From IMG/VR virus record IMGVR_UViG_3300048914_000231, positions 32,001 through 96,000 of that record: DNA of 64,000 nt. One strand, given 5' to 3'. The position numbers and the translations under genes are program-made. Below the pieces are notes generated by a model that saw nothing but the letters and a program-made list of their open reading frames with translations, had not been told where the DNA came from and made no database searches. The DNA comes from a virus. Positions 44,907-53,794 of this stretch are shown in pieces (the first letter of the stretch is position 1; every line of letters starts with the position of its first letter).

Positions 44907-45194
44907 TCACAGGGCCTCCGGCTGGGCCAGCGCGCGCACGAGCGCCATCACGCCCTCCTGAAAGTGCGTGCGGCCGATGGAGGCCCAGCGCTCCGGTTCG
45001 GCGGCGTTCATGCGCATGGATTCGCGCACCTGATGCTCGTCCTCCATGCTGCGGCACTTGTCGCGCTGGGCGGCGATATGCTCACGCACCTCGCGCACCA
45101 GTTCCAGCAGCACCTTTTCATGCAGCTTGACCTTGTTGATCAGGTCCAGCGTATCCTGATCGAGCTGGCGATAACCTTTGATCGGGTTGCTCAT
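44907..45194 (-). CDS. acb2: Anti-CBASS cyclic-nucleotide sponge Acb2 homologue
   Basis: IKGYRQL...AEPERWASIGRTHFQEGVMALVRALAQP matches Acb2 IKGYRDL...[28 protein letters not shown] as recalled. Confidence 0.88.
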   Translation of the reverse strand: MSNPIKGYRQLDQDTLDLINKVKLHEKVLLELVREVREHIAAQRDKCRSMEDEHQVRESMRMNAAEPERWASIGRTHFQEGVMALVRALAQPEAL

Positions 45195-45203
45195 GTGGTT
45201 CTC

Positions 45204-45368
45204 CTATGCTGCTTCCGGCAGACGCCGGAAGCGGATGGGGTGTTCGGTGAGGGTGTCTTCCGCGAGTGGCTCGAACATGTCGCCGTCATCGCATTCGTCG
45301 CACATGTAGGAGAGCTCCTGGTTGGAGCAGTCCTCGCAAAATTCGTAGCCCTTGTTGCAGCGCGCCAT
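45204..45368 (-). CDS. Small Cys-rich (zinc-binding) protein
   Basis: C...CEDC...CDEC; start re-called. Confidence 0.55.
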   Translation of the reverse strand: MARCNKGYEFCEDCSNQELSYMCDECDDGDMFEPLAEDTLTEHPIRFRRLPEAA

Positions 45369-45369
45369 G

Positions 45370-46029
45370 TCAGACCCCGATGTCCTTGAAGATGTGCACC
45401 AGCGCATTGCCGGCGTTGGTGAGGCTGTCCTCGTCGTCGAAGCGCTGGCGCTTTTTGACGGCGTTGATCTTGGCGGTGATGGTGTCGACGTCCTCGACCG
45501 GCACCTTGAAGCGCATGATGGCGTGGGTCTGTGCGGCGCGAACGGTCGGCGCGCCCGGGGCCGGGCCGGCGGTATCGTCCAGATCGAGCGCGTCAAGCTC
45601 GTCGAGCGCTATATTGCTGGTATTGAAGATCGATTCGAAATCGACGTCCGTATAGGGCAGGAAGACGCCCAGCTCGCCGGGCGTGCCCAGTTCGTCGAGC
45701 AGCTTGGACAGGGCGATGCTGTCGTCGTTGCCGTAGCGGCCATTGTCGACCAGACCGATCTCCTTGGCCTGCCTGTCGCTGATGCTGCCGAGGTTGATGA
45801 CCGGCACCTTGTCGATTTTCAGGCGGATCGCCGAGTCCCGGCGGTGTGCGCCACCCAGGATTTGCAGCGTGCCGTCGGCAAGGGTGCGCACGATGATCGG
45901 CTTGAACATGCCGAAGCGCTTGACCGAGGCGTCGATTTTCGCCTCGTTCTCCGGGGAGACCACGTTGGTGTTCCAGGGGTTGGGCTGGAGCGTGTGGGGG
46001 TCGGCGTAATGCTGGGTGGTAGTTGACAT
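45370..46029 (-). CDS. ParB/Srx N-terminal domain protein 2
   Basis: PNPWNTN, FGMFKPIIVR, ILGGAHRRD, DNGRYG. Confidence 0.88.
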   Translation of the reverse strand: MSTTTQHYADPHTLQPNPWNTNVVSPENEAKIDASVKRFGMFKPIIVRTLADGTLQILGGAHRRDSAIRLKIDKVPVINLGSISDRQAKEIGLVDNGRYGNDDSIALSKLLDELGTPGELGVFLPYTDVDFESIFNTSNIALDELDALDLDDTAGPAPGAPTVRAAQTHAIMRFKVPVEDVDTITAKINAVKKRQRFDDEDSLTNAGNALVHIFKDIGV

Positions 46030-46050
46030 CTGCGGGATGAATTGATAGTC

Positions 46051-46064
46051 AGTCAGTGATGACT
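46051..46064. promoter_or_regulatory. Operator copy 12 (divergent ParB/helicase)
   Basis: AGTCA-GTGA-TGACT within plus-strand TTGATA-17-TATACT. Confidence 0.8.
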
Positions 46065-46100
46065 TATACTTTAGCATCCAACTTTTGAATTGGCAACCAA

Positions 46101-47828
46101 ATGGAAAAAGTAACGATCGCGCGTAACGCCGTGACAGCCATGCTGCACAAGCCCAGTCGCGATGTAAAACTGGAAGTGCAGGCGATTCTGTCGTACGCGG
46201 TCGCCGGCGCCGAGCATGCGATCGCCTTCAAAAAGGGGGTGTGGGACGGGCGCTCGTCGTTCCTGGACTTCAGGAACGGCACCTTCCCGGCCGGCTTTAC
46301 GCACTACGTCACGGCGCACCTGCGGCGCAAGGGGTACGAGGTGCAGATCGCCCAGAAGGCCCTGCCCGAGCCGCTCGGCCCGGAAAACCCGGTGGTCGAC
46401 GCCTTTCCGGAAGACCCGCGCTACGACTACCAGATGGAAACCGTGCGGCGTCTGGTCAAGCACGGCCAGATCATCGCCCAGATCGCCACCGGCGGCGGCA
46501 AGAGCCGTACCGCGCGCCTGGCGTACGCGCGCATCAACCGCATGACCCTGTTCATCACGACGCGCTCGATCCTCATGTACCAGATGAAGGACAGTTTCGA
46601 GCGCGACCTTGGCGTGCCGGTATCGGTGCTGGGCGATGGCCAGTTCGGTCACACCACGTCGGACGGGCGCCAGGCGGTGCGCAAGATGTGCGTCGGCATG
46701 GTGCAGACCCTGGCGGCCAAGCTGAAGGAAAAGACGGTCGAGGGCGAAGTCGAGGCCGTGATCGACGCGCTGGTGGCCAGGGAGCTCAAGGCGGTCAAGG
46801 CGCTGGAGAAGAAGCTGGTCGACGCCGGTGCCACGCCGGCGCAGGTCAGGGCCCGGGTCAGGCAGCTGGAAGAACAGCAGCTGGCCGCGCGCTCGGACTC
46901 GAAAAAGATCCAGGCCGATTGCGCCGTCAAGGTGCATGAGCACATGGCGATGCGCGCGCGGGTGATTGAATTGCTGGGCCGGTTCGAATTCGTGATCATC
47001 GAAGAGGCGCACGAGGCATCGGCCGAGGATTTCTACAACGTCATGCAGCACTGCAAGAGCGCGCACTACCGCATGGCGCTGACGGCGACGCCGTTCATGA
47101 AGGCCGACGAAGAGGCGAACATGCGCCTGATGGCGGTGTCCGGCCCGATCGCGATCAAGGTGTCCGAGCAGACCCTGATCGACCGCGGCATTCTGGCCCA
47201 GCCGCATTTTCGCTTCATCCCGTGGGCCGGCAAGCCGCCCAAGCTGTTCAAGCACACCGGCTGGGCGTCGGCGTACCGGCTTGGCATCACCGAGCACGAA
47301 TGGCGCAACCAGACCGCGACCGCCGTGTGCCGGCGCTTTGCCGAGTATGGTCTGACGTCGATGGTGCTGGTACAGCACACCGCGCACGGTGAGACCGTCA
47401 GGCGCCTGATGCTGGCCGCCGGCCTGCGCGTGGATTTCATCCAGGGCGAGGATGACCAGGACGGGCGCAAGGCAGCACTGCAGCGCCTGGCGCGCGGCGA
47501 ACTCGACATCCTGATCGGCACCACGATCCTCGACGTCGGCGTGGACGTGCCGGCCGTCGGTCACATCTGCCTGCTGGGTGGTGGCAAGGCCGAGGTGCAG
47601 CTGCGTCAGCGTATCGGGCGCGGCCTGCGCGAGAAGAAGAACGGCATGCCGAACCTGTGCTTTGTGACCGACTTCGCCGACACGCTCAACGAGCACCTGC
47701 ACAACCATGCCAGACAGCGTCAGGCGATCATCAGGGACACGCCGGGATTCGACCGCTTCATCCTCTCCGACGGGCGCGACTTCGACCTGGAGGCGCTCGG
47801 CTTCAGGCGGCTGGCGGCAGCGGCGTGA
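46101..47828 (+). CDS. Superfamily 2 helicase
   Basis: YDYQ, ATGGGKS, EEAH, LTATP, VGVDVP, QRIGRGLR. Confidence 0.92.
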   Translation: MEKVTIARNAVTAMLHKPSRDVKLEVQAILSYAVAGAEHAIAFKKGVWDGRSSFLDFRNGTFPAGFTHYVTAHLRRKGYEVQIAQKALPEPLGPENPVVDAFPEDPRYDYQMETVRRLVKHGQIIAQIATGGGKSRTARLAYARINRMTLFITTRSILMYQMKDSFERDLGVPVSVLGDGQFGHTTSDGRQAVRKMCVGMVQTLAAKLKEKTVEGEVEAVIDALVARELKAVKALEKKLVDAGATPAQVRARVRQLEEQQLAARSDSKKIQADCAVKVHEHMAMRARVIELLGRFEFVIIEEAHEASAEDFYNVMQHCKSAHYRMALTATPFMKADEEANMRLMAVSGPIAIKVSEQTLIDRGILAQPHFRFIPWAGKPPKLFKHTGWASAYRLGITEHEWRNQTATAVCRRFAEYGLTSMVLVQHTAHGETVRRLMLAAGLRVDFIQGEDDQDGRKAALQRLARGELDILIGTTILDVGVDVPAVGHICLLGGGKAEVQLRQRIGRGLREKKNGMPNLCFVTDFADTLNEHLHNHARQRQAIIRDTPGFDRFILSDGRDFDLEALGFRRLAAAA

Positions 47829-47894
47829 CGCTTGCGTAGCGTTATCACGTCATGCTACGCTGGGAATACCTCACTACTGACTGAAGGATGCCTC

Positions 47895-48119
47895 ATGAAC
47901 CACACCCTGATTATGAACCTGTTCATCGGCATTCTCGTTGCCGGCGTCGCGTTCGTCACCAACGATCCGCTGGCGCTGCTGGGCCTGTTCTTCATGCACG
48001 ACCTGCCGCTGCACGTTGTCACGAACGAGCAGCAGATTCGCGCCGCCGCGATGGACAAGATGGATGACGATGATGACGCCGATGGCGGCGGCATCGGATT
48101 TACCGCGCCGATCAAATAA
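47895..48119 (+). CDS. Small membrane protein
   Basis: Hydrophobic N-half, acidic tail ending IGFTAPIK; AAGGA RBS. Confidence 0.6.
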   Translation: MNHTLIMNLFIGILVAGVAFVTNDPLALLGLFFMHDLPLHVVTNEQQIRAAAMDKMDDDDDADGGGIGFTAPIK

Positions 48120-48142
48120 TTTCGCTGTCAATCGTGCCATTT

Positions 48143-48170
48143 CAGCGCCCCACGGGGCGCTTTTTTTATT
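48143..48170 (+). terminator. Intrinsic terminator
   Basis: AGCGCCCC-ac-GGGGCGCT followed by T tract. Confidence 0.75.
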
Positions 48171-48235
48171 TGCGTTCACAAGATGAACGCACGCTATAAT
48201 GAATGCACAGAATCACAAATGAACCGGAGAATTAA

Positions 48236-48520
48236 ATGAGCAATATTGACAAGCGCAACCGCTTTTCCATCGATCTGCCACCCGACTGGCAGGATTACCT
48301 GGCGCACACCGCCCGAATTCACCGGCTGACGCAGGGCGAGGTGGTGCAAACCCTGCTGGCCAACATGCACAGCTGCGCCGGCATCGAGCAGGCTCTTGCC
48401 GCGCGGCGCGAGGAAAAGGTGGCAGCAAGGCGCAGCAAGGCGTCGATGACCGCGGCATTCAAGCAGTTGACACCCGAGCAACAGCGGCGCGCGCTGGAGG
48501 CGCTCGGAGCCGAATCGTGA
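48236..48520 (+). CDS. Ribbon-helix-helix-like DNA-binding protein
   Basis: RFSIDLP...LTQGEVV pattern; first gene of array operon. Confidence 0.5.
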   Translation: MSNIDKRNRFSIDLPPDWQDYLAHTARIHRLTQGEVVQTLLANMHSCAGIEQALAARREEKVAARRSKASMTAAFKQLTPEQQRRALEALGAES

Positions 48521-48816
48521 AAGACAGGGCACCCGGGCCGAAGCCGGTTGAGGTGTGCCGGCATGTATTCCGGCACGCGACGCTGAAGACGATCAATGCC
48601 AGGGTTGACCACATCGAATGGATCTTCTTCGAAGGTGAGAAATGGCCGCGCCAGCTGGTGTATTTCACGAATGGATCGACCACGTTTGACGCCGCCGCAC
48701 AGTGGACGCTGGCCCAGGCCAATGCGCTGGCCGAAACGGGCAACTGGACCAGGGAAATCTTCATGACCGTGGAAAACGACAGGCCGGATGCATCGTACGG
48801 TACGGAGGTATGGTGA
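48517..48816 (+). CDS. Array ORF 1 (ends TEVW)
   Basis: ATGGTGA overlap with next gene. Confidence 0.7.
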   Translation: MKDRAPGPKPVEVCRHVFRHATLKTINARVDHIEWIFFEGEKWPRQLVYFTNGSTTFDAAAQWTLAQANALAETGNWTREIFMTVENDRPDASYGTEVW

Positions 48817-49091
48817 ACCTGCTGTTTATTGAACTGCATTCTGAAAAACTCAGGGATACCGCGCCGTTTGTGACGGCGTACGACCTGGATTATCCCGGGC
48901 CGAACAAGCGTCAGTGGCGCGTCGACAGGGCGCGCGGTGTCGAGTCCGGGGTCAATCGCGATGGGAGTGGCATGCGGGGTGTATGGGCGTATCTGGCGGC
49001 CGGCACCTGGCTGCAGCTGACGCAGCAGGAAGCCTATACCAAATTTCCTGAACTGCAGACGGCGATCGAAAACTGGGTGGAGCCATGGTAA
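48810..49091 (+). CDS. Array ORF 2 (MVN...VEPW)
   Basis: Start re-called to overlap ATG. Confidence 0.7.
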   Translation: MVNLLFIELHSEKLRDTAPFVTAYDLDYPGPNKRQWRVDRARGVESGVNRDGSGMRGVWAYLAAGTWLQLTQQEAYTKFPELQTAIENWVEPW

Positions 49092-49441
49092 ATCTGAGCA
49101 ACAGCATAACGTACGAGAACTACCTGTACCTGCGCCGGCAGCTGGGTGAACAGGAAAACGGCGACTGGCCGTCGTCATCATGGAACATCATGTCGGCATC
49201 AGGCACGCAAAACGTGATCAACACCATGCTTGCCAAATGCGAAAACCTGATGCGCGAGCGTGATCTGTCATGGGAGGCGTACAAGAAAGTGTGGAGCAAG
49301 GGGTCGGTGCCTGCGTATTTAAATCCGACCGCCTGGGAGGAAGCGCCGCTGTTCATCAAGGCGGCCATCATCAAGCCGCGTGAGGTGGGTATCGTTGACG
49401 TGCGCGAGGACGTGCCGCAAAGCGAGGTGACGCCATGGTGA
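49085..49441 (+). CDS. Array ORF 3 (two tandem core domains, ends DVPQSEVTPW)
   Basis: TYENY and SWEAY repeats. Confidence 0.75.
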   Translation: MVNLSNSITYENYLYLRRQLGEQENGDWPSSSWNIMSASGTQNVINTMLAKCENLMRERDLSWEAYKKVWSKGSVPAYLNPTAWEEAPLFIKAAIIKPREVGIVDVREDVPQSEVTPW

Positions 49442-49650
49442 GATACCGGCCCGACGGACGCAAAATTGACACGAGCTACGCCAACTATCTGCGTCTGGCC
49501 GGTTTGAACCTGATCAGCGCCGACAACCAGCTGACGTCGAACGACTGGAACTGGCTTGATATGGACGGCAAGGCTGGTGAAATCGAGCGCCTGATGAACC
49601 TGGCCGAAGTGCGCGACCGGCCGGAAAGCGGCGGGGTGGTGGCATGGTAG
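49435..49650 (+). CDS. Array ORF 4
   Basis: SYANY core, ends DRPESGGVVAW. Confidence 0.75.
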   Translation: MVRYRPDGRKIDTSYANYLRLAGLNLISADNQLTSNDWNWLDMDGKAGEIERLMNLAEVRDRPESGGVVAW

Positions 49651-49847
49651 AGCGTCTGTCCTACCGTCATTACAAGTCGCTTCATTTTGCCGCCGGTTAT
49701 GGAGAAGGTGAACTGGCCGACATCGTCATGTGGATGGATACGCCCGACCAGCTGAAACTCGCCGAGATTGAAATGCTGGAAGAACGCCTGCGCGAGATTC
49801 GTGACGAGGTGTCCGATATACCAACCAGCATGGTGACGCCATGGTAA
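49644..49847 (+). CDS. Array ORF 5
   Basis: SYRHY core, ends DIPTSMVTPW. Confidence 0.75.
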   Translation: MVERLSYRHYKSLHFAAGYGEGELADIVMWMDTPDQLKLAEIEMLEERLREIRDEVSDIPTSMVTPW

Positions 49848-50044
49848 AAGATTCAGCCTACCCTTACGAACGTTATGTGGAGTATTTCAAGATCGTCTGG
49901 CCAGGCATGCACCCGATGGATGAATATGAATGGTATGTGCGGCATGGACGCACGGCGCGCGCGAGGACGATCAAGATACTCGTTCGGCAGATTCCAGATC
50001 ATCAGCGCAAAGCGCCATTCTTGAAGGAGAGGGTCACATGGTAG
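49841..50044 (+). CDS. Array ORF 6
   Basis: PYERY core, ends ERVTW. Confidence 0.75.
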   Translation: MVKDSAYPYERYVEYFKIVWPGMHPMDEYEWYVRHGRTARARTIKILVRQIPDHQRKAPFLKERVTW

Positions 50045-50244
50045 ACGTGAGCTATGACCGTTTTTACGCTTTGCGCAGGGCGCTGGATATGCCAGAAGAG
50101 GGGGAGGTGGCGCGCAGCAGGTGGGAGATTCTGCCGGAGGCGCATCGGCAAAGCGTCATCGCCATGATGACCGGCACGCTCAACGGGCGCAACACCGTCC
50201 TGTTCCCGTGCGACGCGCCTGAAAGTGAGGTGGTGCCATGGTAG
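50038..50244 (+). CDS. Array ORF 7
   Basis: Start re-called at MVDV; SYDRF core, ends DAPESEVVPW. Confidence 0.75.
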   Translation: MVDVSYDRFYALRRALDMPEEGEVARSRWEILPEAHRQSVIAMMTGTLNGRNTVLFPCDAPESEVVPW

Positions 50245-50447
50245 AGGATTGCACTTACGAGCAATACAAGGCGGCCTGCGTATCGATCAACGAAAAAGCA
50301 TGTTGGACGCGAGGAGGATGGCTGGGCTTGGTCAAAGACGCGCGGATCGCGGTCATGGCAAACCTGTTGAATGCCGGGGCCTGGTGGCCCGATAGGGAGC
50401 TTGGCGAGGGTGAGGATGTTCCAGAAACTGAGGTGACGCCATGGTAG
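50238..50447 (+). CDS. Array ORF 8
   Basis: TYEQY core, ends DVPETEVTPW. Confidence 0.75.
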   Translation: MVEDCTYEQYKAACVSINEKACWTRGGWLGLVKDARIAVMANLLNAGAWWPDRELGEGEDVPETEVTPW

Positions 50448-50635
50448 AGGAATTGTCGTACGAAGCATATCTGCGTCTTCGGCGCGCCGCCAGGCGCGAG
50501 GAAGCGCATGACGTCTCGCGCGAATCCTGGGAAGGCGGCAAGGTGGCGCGACGCTTCGTCATCAGCTGGCTCACGCGGGAGATCGGGCAGCGCGTCGATG
50601 CGCAGGAACTGCCCGAATGGGGAACATGGGGATAG
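50441..50635 (+). CDS. Array ORF 9 (last)
   Basis: SYEAY core, ends ELPEWGTWG. Confidence 0.75.
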   Translation: MVEELSYEAYLRLRRAARREEAHDVSRESWEGGKVARRFVISWLTREIGQRVDAQELPEWGTWG

Positions 50636-51003
50636 GGAAATTGGGAGCCTGACCTGGCGGTCTCTGTCGATGGGAAATTGGTATAAGGATCGCGTATCCG
50701 AGGACCGGGGCCATGTATAAGGATCGATCGTTTTCGGGCCGGCCCGGAAATATAAGGAAGGGTTATTGGAGACCGGAAGTTGAGGAAGGCTGGGCCATCA
50801 AAGGGCGAAATCCGCCCTAAGACATCGGTCTCGCGCGCACGCGTCGCGCGTCGCTTACAACCCGCACATTGACAGAATCTGCGAGACCGAACCAACAAGC
50901 AAGACCGCGACAAAGACCGCAACCGCAGCGGTACGGGTCAGCGCGGTATCGATGACGCTACGCGCATGCAGGTCTGCGCAGTAGTCAGCAGTACTGCGCG
51001 CGC

Positions 51004-51177
51004 TCACGCTTGCACCTGATACGACACACTGATATGCAACCCGATAAATTCATGCGGTTCATCGTGCATGTTAAGCAGGTTTGCAAGCGAACCCGCATCG
51101 ACGGGAAACGATTCGCCCGTCGTTTCATTCTCGACGATGAACGCATCGTTCTGTTCGTCATATTCTTTAACAATCAT
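51004..51177 (-). CDS. Small acidic protein (57 aa, MIVKEYDEQNDAF...)
   Basis: Below ORF-track cutoff; my translation, AGGGGG RBS. Confidence 0.55.
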   Translation of the reverse strand: MIVKEYDEQNDAFIVENETTGESFPVDAGSLANLLNMHDEPHEFIGLHISVSYQVQA

Positions 51178-51188
51178 GGTTTTCCCCC

Positions 51189-51204
51189 TGTTTCACGTGA
51201 AACG
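51189..51204. promoter_or_regulatory. parS: parS site, chromosomal consensus type
   Basis: TGTTTCACGTGAAACG; 15/16 match to TGTTTCACGTGAAACA, perfect 14-bp palindrome, intergenic. Confidence 0.7.
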
Positions 51205-51236
51205 GTGCACCGTAGTGCACCGTGCAGACTGATCAG

Positions 51237-51953
51237 TTATGCGTCGAGCGAATCAAGTTCATCATTTTCTTCATGCTGCGTTTCGGGTACGTCAGCATTA
51301 ATCGGTGCGATACCAGCACGCTTTGCAAGCGGTTCGAAATACTGCGTCATGTTCGTGACCACTTCGGGCAACAGTTCGATATTCGCTTGACGTGCGCCCT
51401 TTACACCGTCAGTCATGCGCAGAATACGCAGCATTTCGCGCGTACTGCTAACCTGCGTGCTACCCGTACCGGGCGTATGGTTGCGACGCTCACGCAGAAT
51501 CTGCTGTTCGTCGAGCGCGTCAAATTCGATCTTAACCAGCGTTGCGAACGCGTTCTTTGCGGTAATCACACCGTTACCTACAAGGGTATTGACGATGATC
51601 GCACGCGAGTAACCGTCAAGCTTGCGCGGGTCTTTGAACCCGAACGCTTGAATGCATTTCAGCACCTTGACGACCGTCTTGCACTGAATGTAATCGGCGT
51701 CATTCGCGCCCTTCTGCTTGTCGTTACCGATCACGCTTGCGAAGTAGCTGTAATCGATAAACGAGCGCGTTTCGTTCACCGCATGTAGAAACGGGCGATA
51801 GTTTTTCCCGTTCGGGTCAAGATGGTCAAGAATGCCCTTGATCTCTGCTGCGACATGCTTGCCGTCGTCGATCAGCGCTTGCTTGCGGTTCGTGACCGCT
51901 TCGAACATTTTAGCGATGATCGTTTCGGTTTTGGTTTTAGCGTTGATTTTCAT
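51237..51953 (-). CDS. Hypothetical early protein
   Basis: 238 aa, strong RBS, atypical composition; C-terminal TPGTGSTQ...MLRIL motif. Confidence 0.8.
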   Translation of the reverse strand: MKINAKTKTETIIAKMFEAVTNRKQALIDDGKHVAAEIKGILDHLDPNGKNYRPFLHAVNETRSFIDYSYFASVIGNDKQKGANDADYIQCKTVVKVLKCIQAFGFKDPRKLDGYSRAIIVNTLVGNGVITAKNAFATLVKIEFDALDEQQILRERRNHTPGTGSTQVSSTREMLRILRMTDGVKGARQANIELLPEVVTNMTQYFEPLAKRAGIAPINADVPETQHEENDELDSLDA

Positions 51954-52049
51954 GATATTACCTTTCGTGTTTGATTAAGTTTATTTTGTGTTTTATGAGC
52001 TCTTGCAGTTGCGGGTAACTAGCCCGGTTCGTGCATGCTCACGCTTGAA

Positions 52050-52061
52050 TTGTGAAAGAGC
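52050..52061 (-). promoter_or_regulatory. boxA-like antitermination element
   Basis: GCTCTTTCACAA in leader of the 51953 gene (consensus GCTCTTTAACA). Confidence 0.45.
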
Positions 52062-52844
52062 TTTTTACCGCTTTTCGACGCAGCGCTGTGTGCGTCGATG
52101 TAGTGATATTAAAACCTGGCGAGTTTGCGTGCAAGTAGTTTTTGCACGTTTTGAACAAAATATTTTTGCACGCAAAAGATGTGGTATTTTCGCGGATCGC
52201 TTGACGCCGGGTTGTGTTGCTGCTATTCGCGTCATGCGGGCGCGCTCTTGTTCCAGGCGGGGTGGCGCGGTCGGGCAGGCGCAGCCGAGGCATTGCCGAG
52301 GCGGGTGAACCCGGCGCAGCCGGTCCGGGCAGGCGGGTCCATGGCTGCCGGCGCCAGCTGGAAGGGCGGCGGGCCGAAACCCCGGAAATACCGTTGTCGT
52401 GGCTGCGGATGCTTCCGGGAATAGACGTCGCCGCGGCTACGGACCATCACCTGTTCATGGCACTGCCACGGCGCGTCCTGGGTGGGTTTACAGGCCCGTG
52501 GCGGGCCTTTGTGTCACTTGTACTGGCGCATCTTTCTGAGCGGCTGGTTGACGCGCTGGCGGGCCTGACGCTGACGCTCCTGCTCGTGCTGACGCTCCAG
52601 CAGGCGGGTCAGGTCATGCTCAGGCTCGTAACGCTCGTGTTCGGCTTGCTGCGGCTCGTCGCGGTATTGGTGGCGCATGCTCAGTGCTCCTGACGTGCGT
52701 AATGATTAATGCCGCAATGCGCCACTTTGACCAAATTGCCAAAATCATCGGTAACATAGGCGCGCGGAATGGCGCTCTCCATGTTCGCGCGTACGTACCA
52801 GGCGCCATAGCGGTGCAATTGACGCACAGTGAATGTCAAACCTT

Positions 52845-53027
52845 TCATCTGGCACCTCCGAGCATGATCAGGGTGTCGGCGGTGCGCACGACGGGAACGG
52901 CAACGCCGGCTGCGTCGCGCAGAATGCTGATCTGGGTGGTCCGCAGGGCAAGGTGCAGCTGCGGGCGGGCGGTGATGTCATGGCGTGGTTGCAGGGCGAC
53001 CAGGCGGGCTTGAATATGGGTTTGCAT
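52845..53027 (-). CDS. Small hypothetical early protein
   Basis: 60 aa behind promoter/hairpin leader. Confidence 0.45.
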   Translation of the reverse strand: MQTHIQARLVALQPRHDITARPQLHLALRTTQISILRDAAGVAVPVVRTADTLIMLGGAR

Positions 53028-53216
53028 GTCTCTCTTTCGGTTGATCGCTGCAACGTTGCAGCAGAACCATTATGCGGGTGGGTGTGTGGCGCATGGCCGG
53101 CGAATTCACTGGCCTGGCATTCTGGCCTGCGATCGCGGCCTGTGCCTGGCCTGATGCCATGAAAAAGCCGAGGCGATGCCTGACGGCCGGTACAGGCGCC
53201 GCGTGGGCGCCTGGGC

Positions 53217-53507
53217 CTAGCAGGTGTGCTGGAACAGCCGGCCCGCGCTGACTTCCTTGTGGCACCAGGGGCATTGCGCGCGGACACGGTGTACCTTGCG
53301 GCCGGCCTTCAACGGCGCGATCCACACCTTGACCTTCACGTACTGTTCGATCGGCTTGTCGTTGTAAGCCACCGCTGCATTCAGGAACTGCGGCTCCAGC
53401 CCCGCGTTCGGCAGCTTCTGTTCGACCGTCAGGCCCAGCAGCGGCTTCAGATGGTGGCTCTGTGCGTTGCGGCCGTACTTGTTCAGAATCACGGTGGTGC
53501 GTTTCAT
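53217..53507 (-). CDS. Early protein with C-terminal zinc finger
   Basis: CPWC...HTC; start re-called at MKRTT. Confidence 0.6.
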   Translation of the reverse strand: MKRTTVILNKYGRNAQSHHLKPLLGLTVEQKLPNAGLEPQFLNAAVAYNDKPIEQYVKVKVWIAPLKAGRKVHRVRAQCPWCHKEVSAGRLFQHTC

Positions 53508-53794
53508 GGTGTGGTTCCCTCGGTGTGTTGTTGACGAGTTCTCAGTATCGAGGGCCATGTGCGGCACCGGTGTGGCGAGGTTCAGTCTGCCTAAAAATTG
53601 GGCAAAAAGAAGGAATATTCCATGGAATTGAGGATTTTGAGCATGAATCCTCGGCTACGCCTCGGAGCAAACCATACTTTGGCCGAAGCAAATTGAGGAT
53701 TTTGAGCATAAACATGCTTCGAGGATGGGCCAAGGAAGGGCCTGGGAGGGCGTTTCGCGTGAAAATCCGGACCTTTCGTCGCCGTGGCCGGGGC

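Noticed and set aside
43968-46029. ParB genes as a plasmid partition system
   Set aside because: Only the N-terminal ParB/Srx domain is evident; no ParA adjacent
48517-50635. ORF array as integron cassettes or a CRISPR array
   Set aside because: No attC-like palindromes, integrase or cas genes; junctions are short, degenerate and coding
50985-51173. 62-aa ORF from the track
   Set aside because: An alternative frame (51004-51177) has an RBS and more protein-like composition
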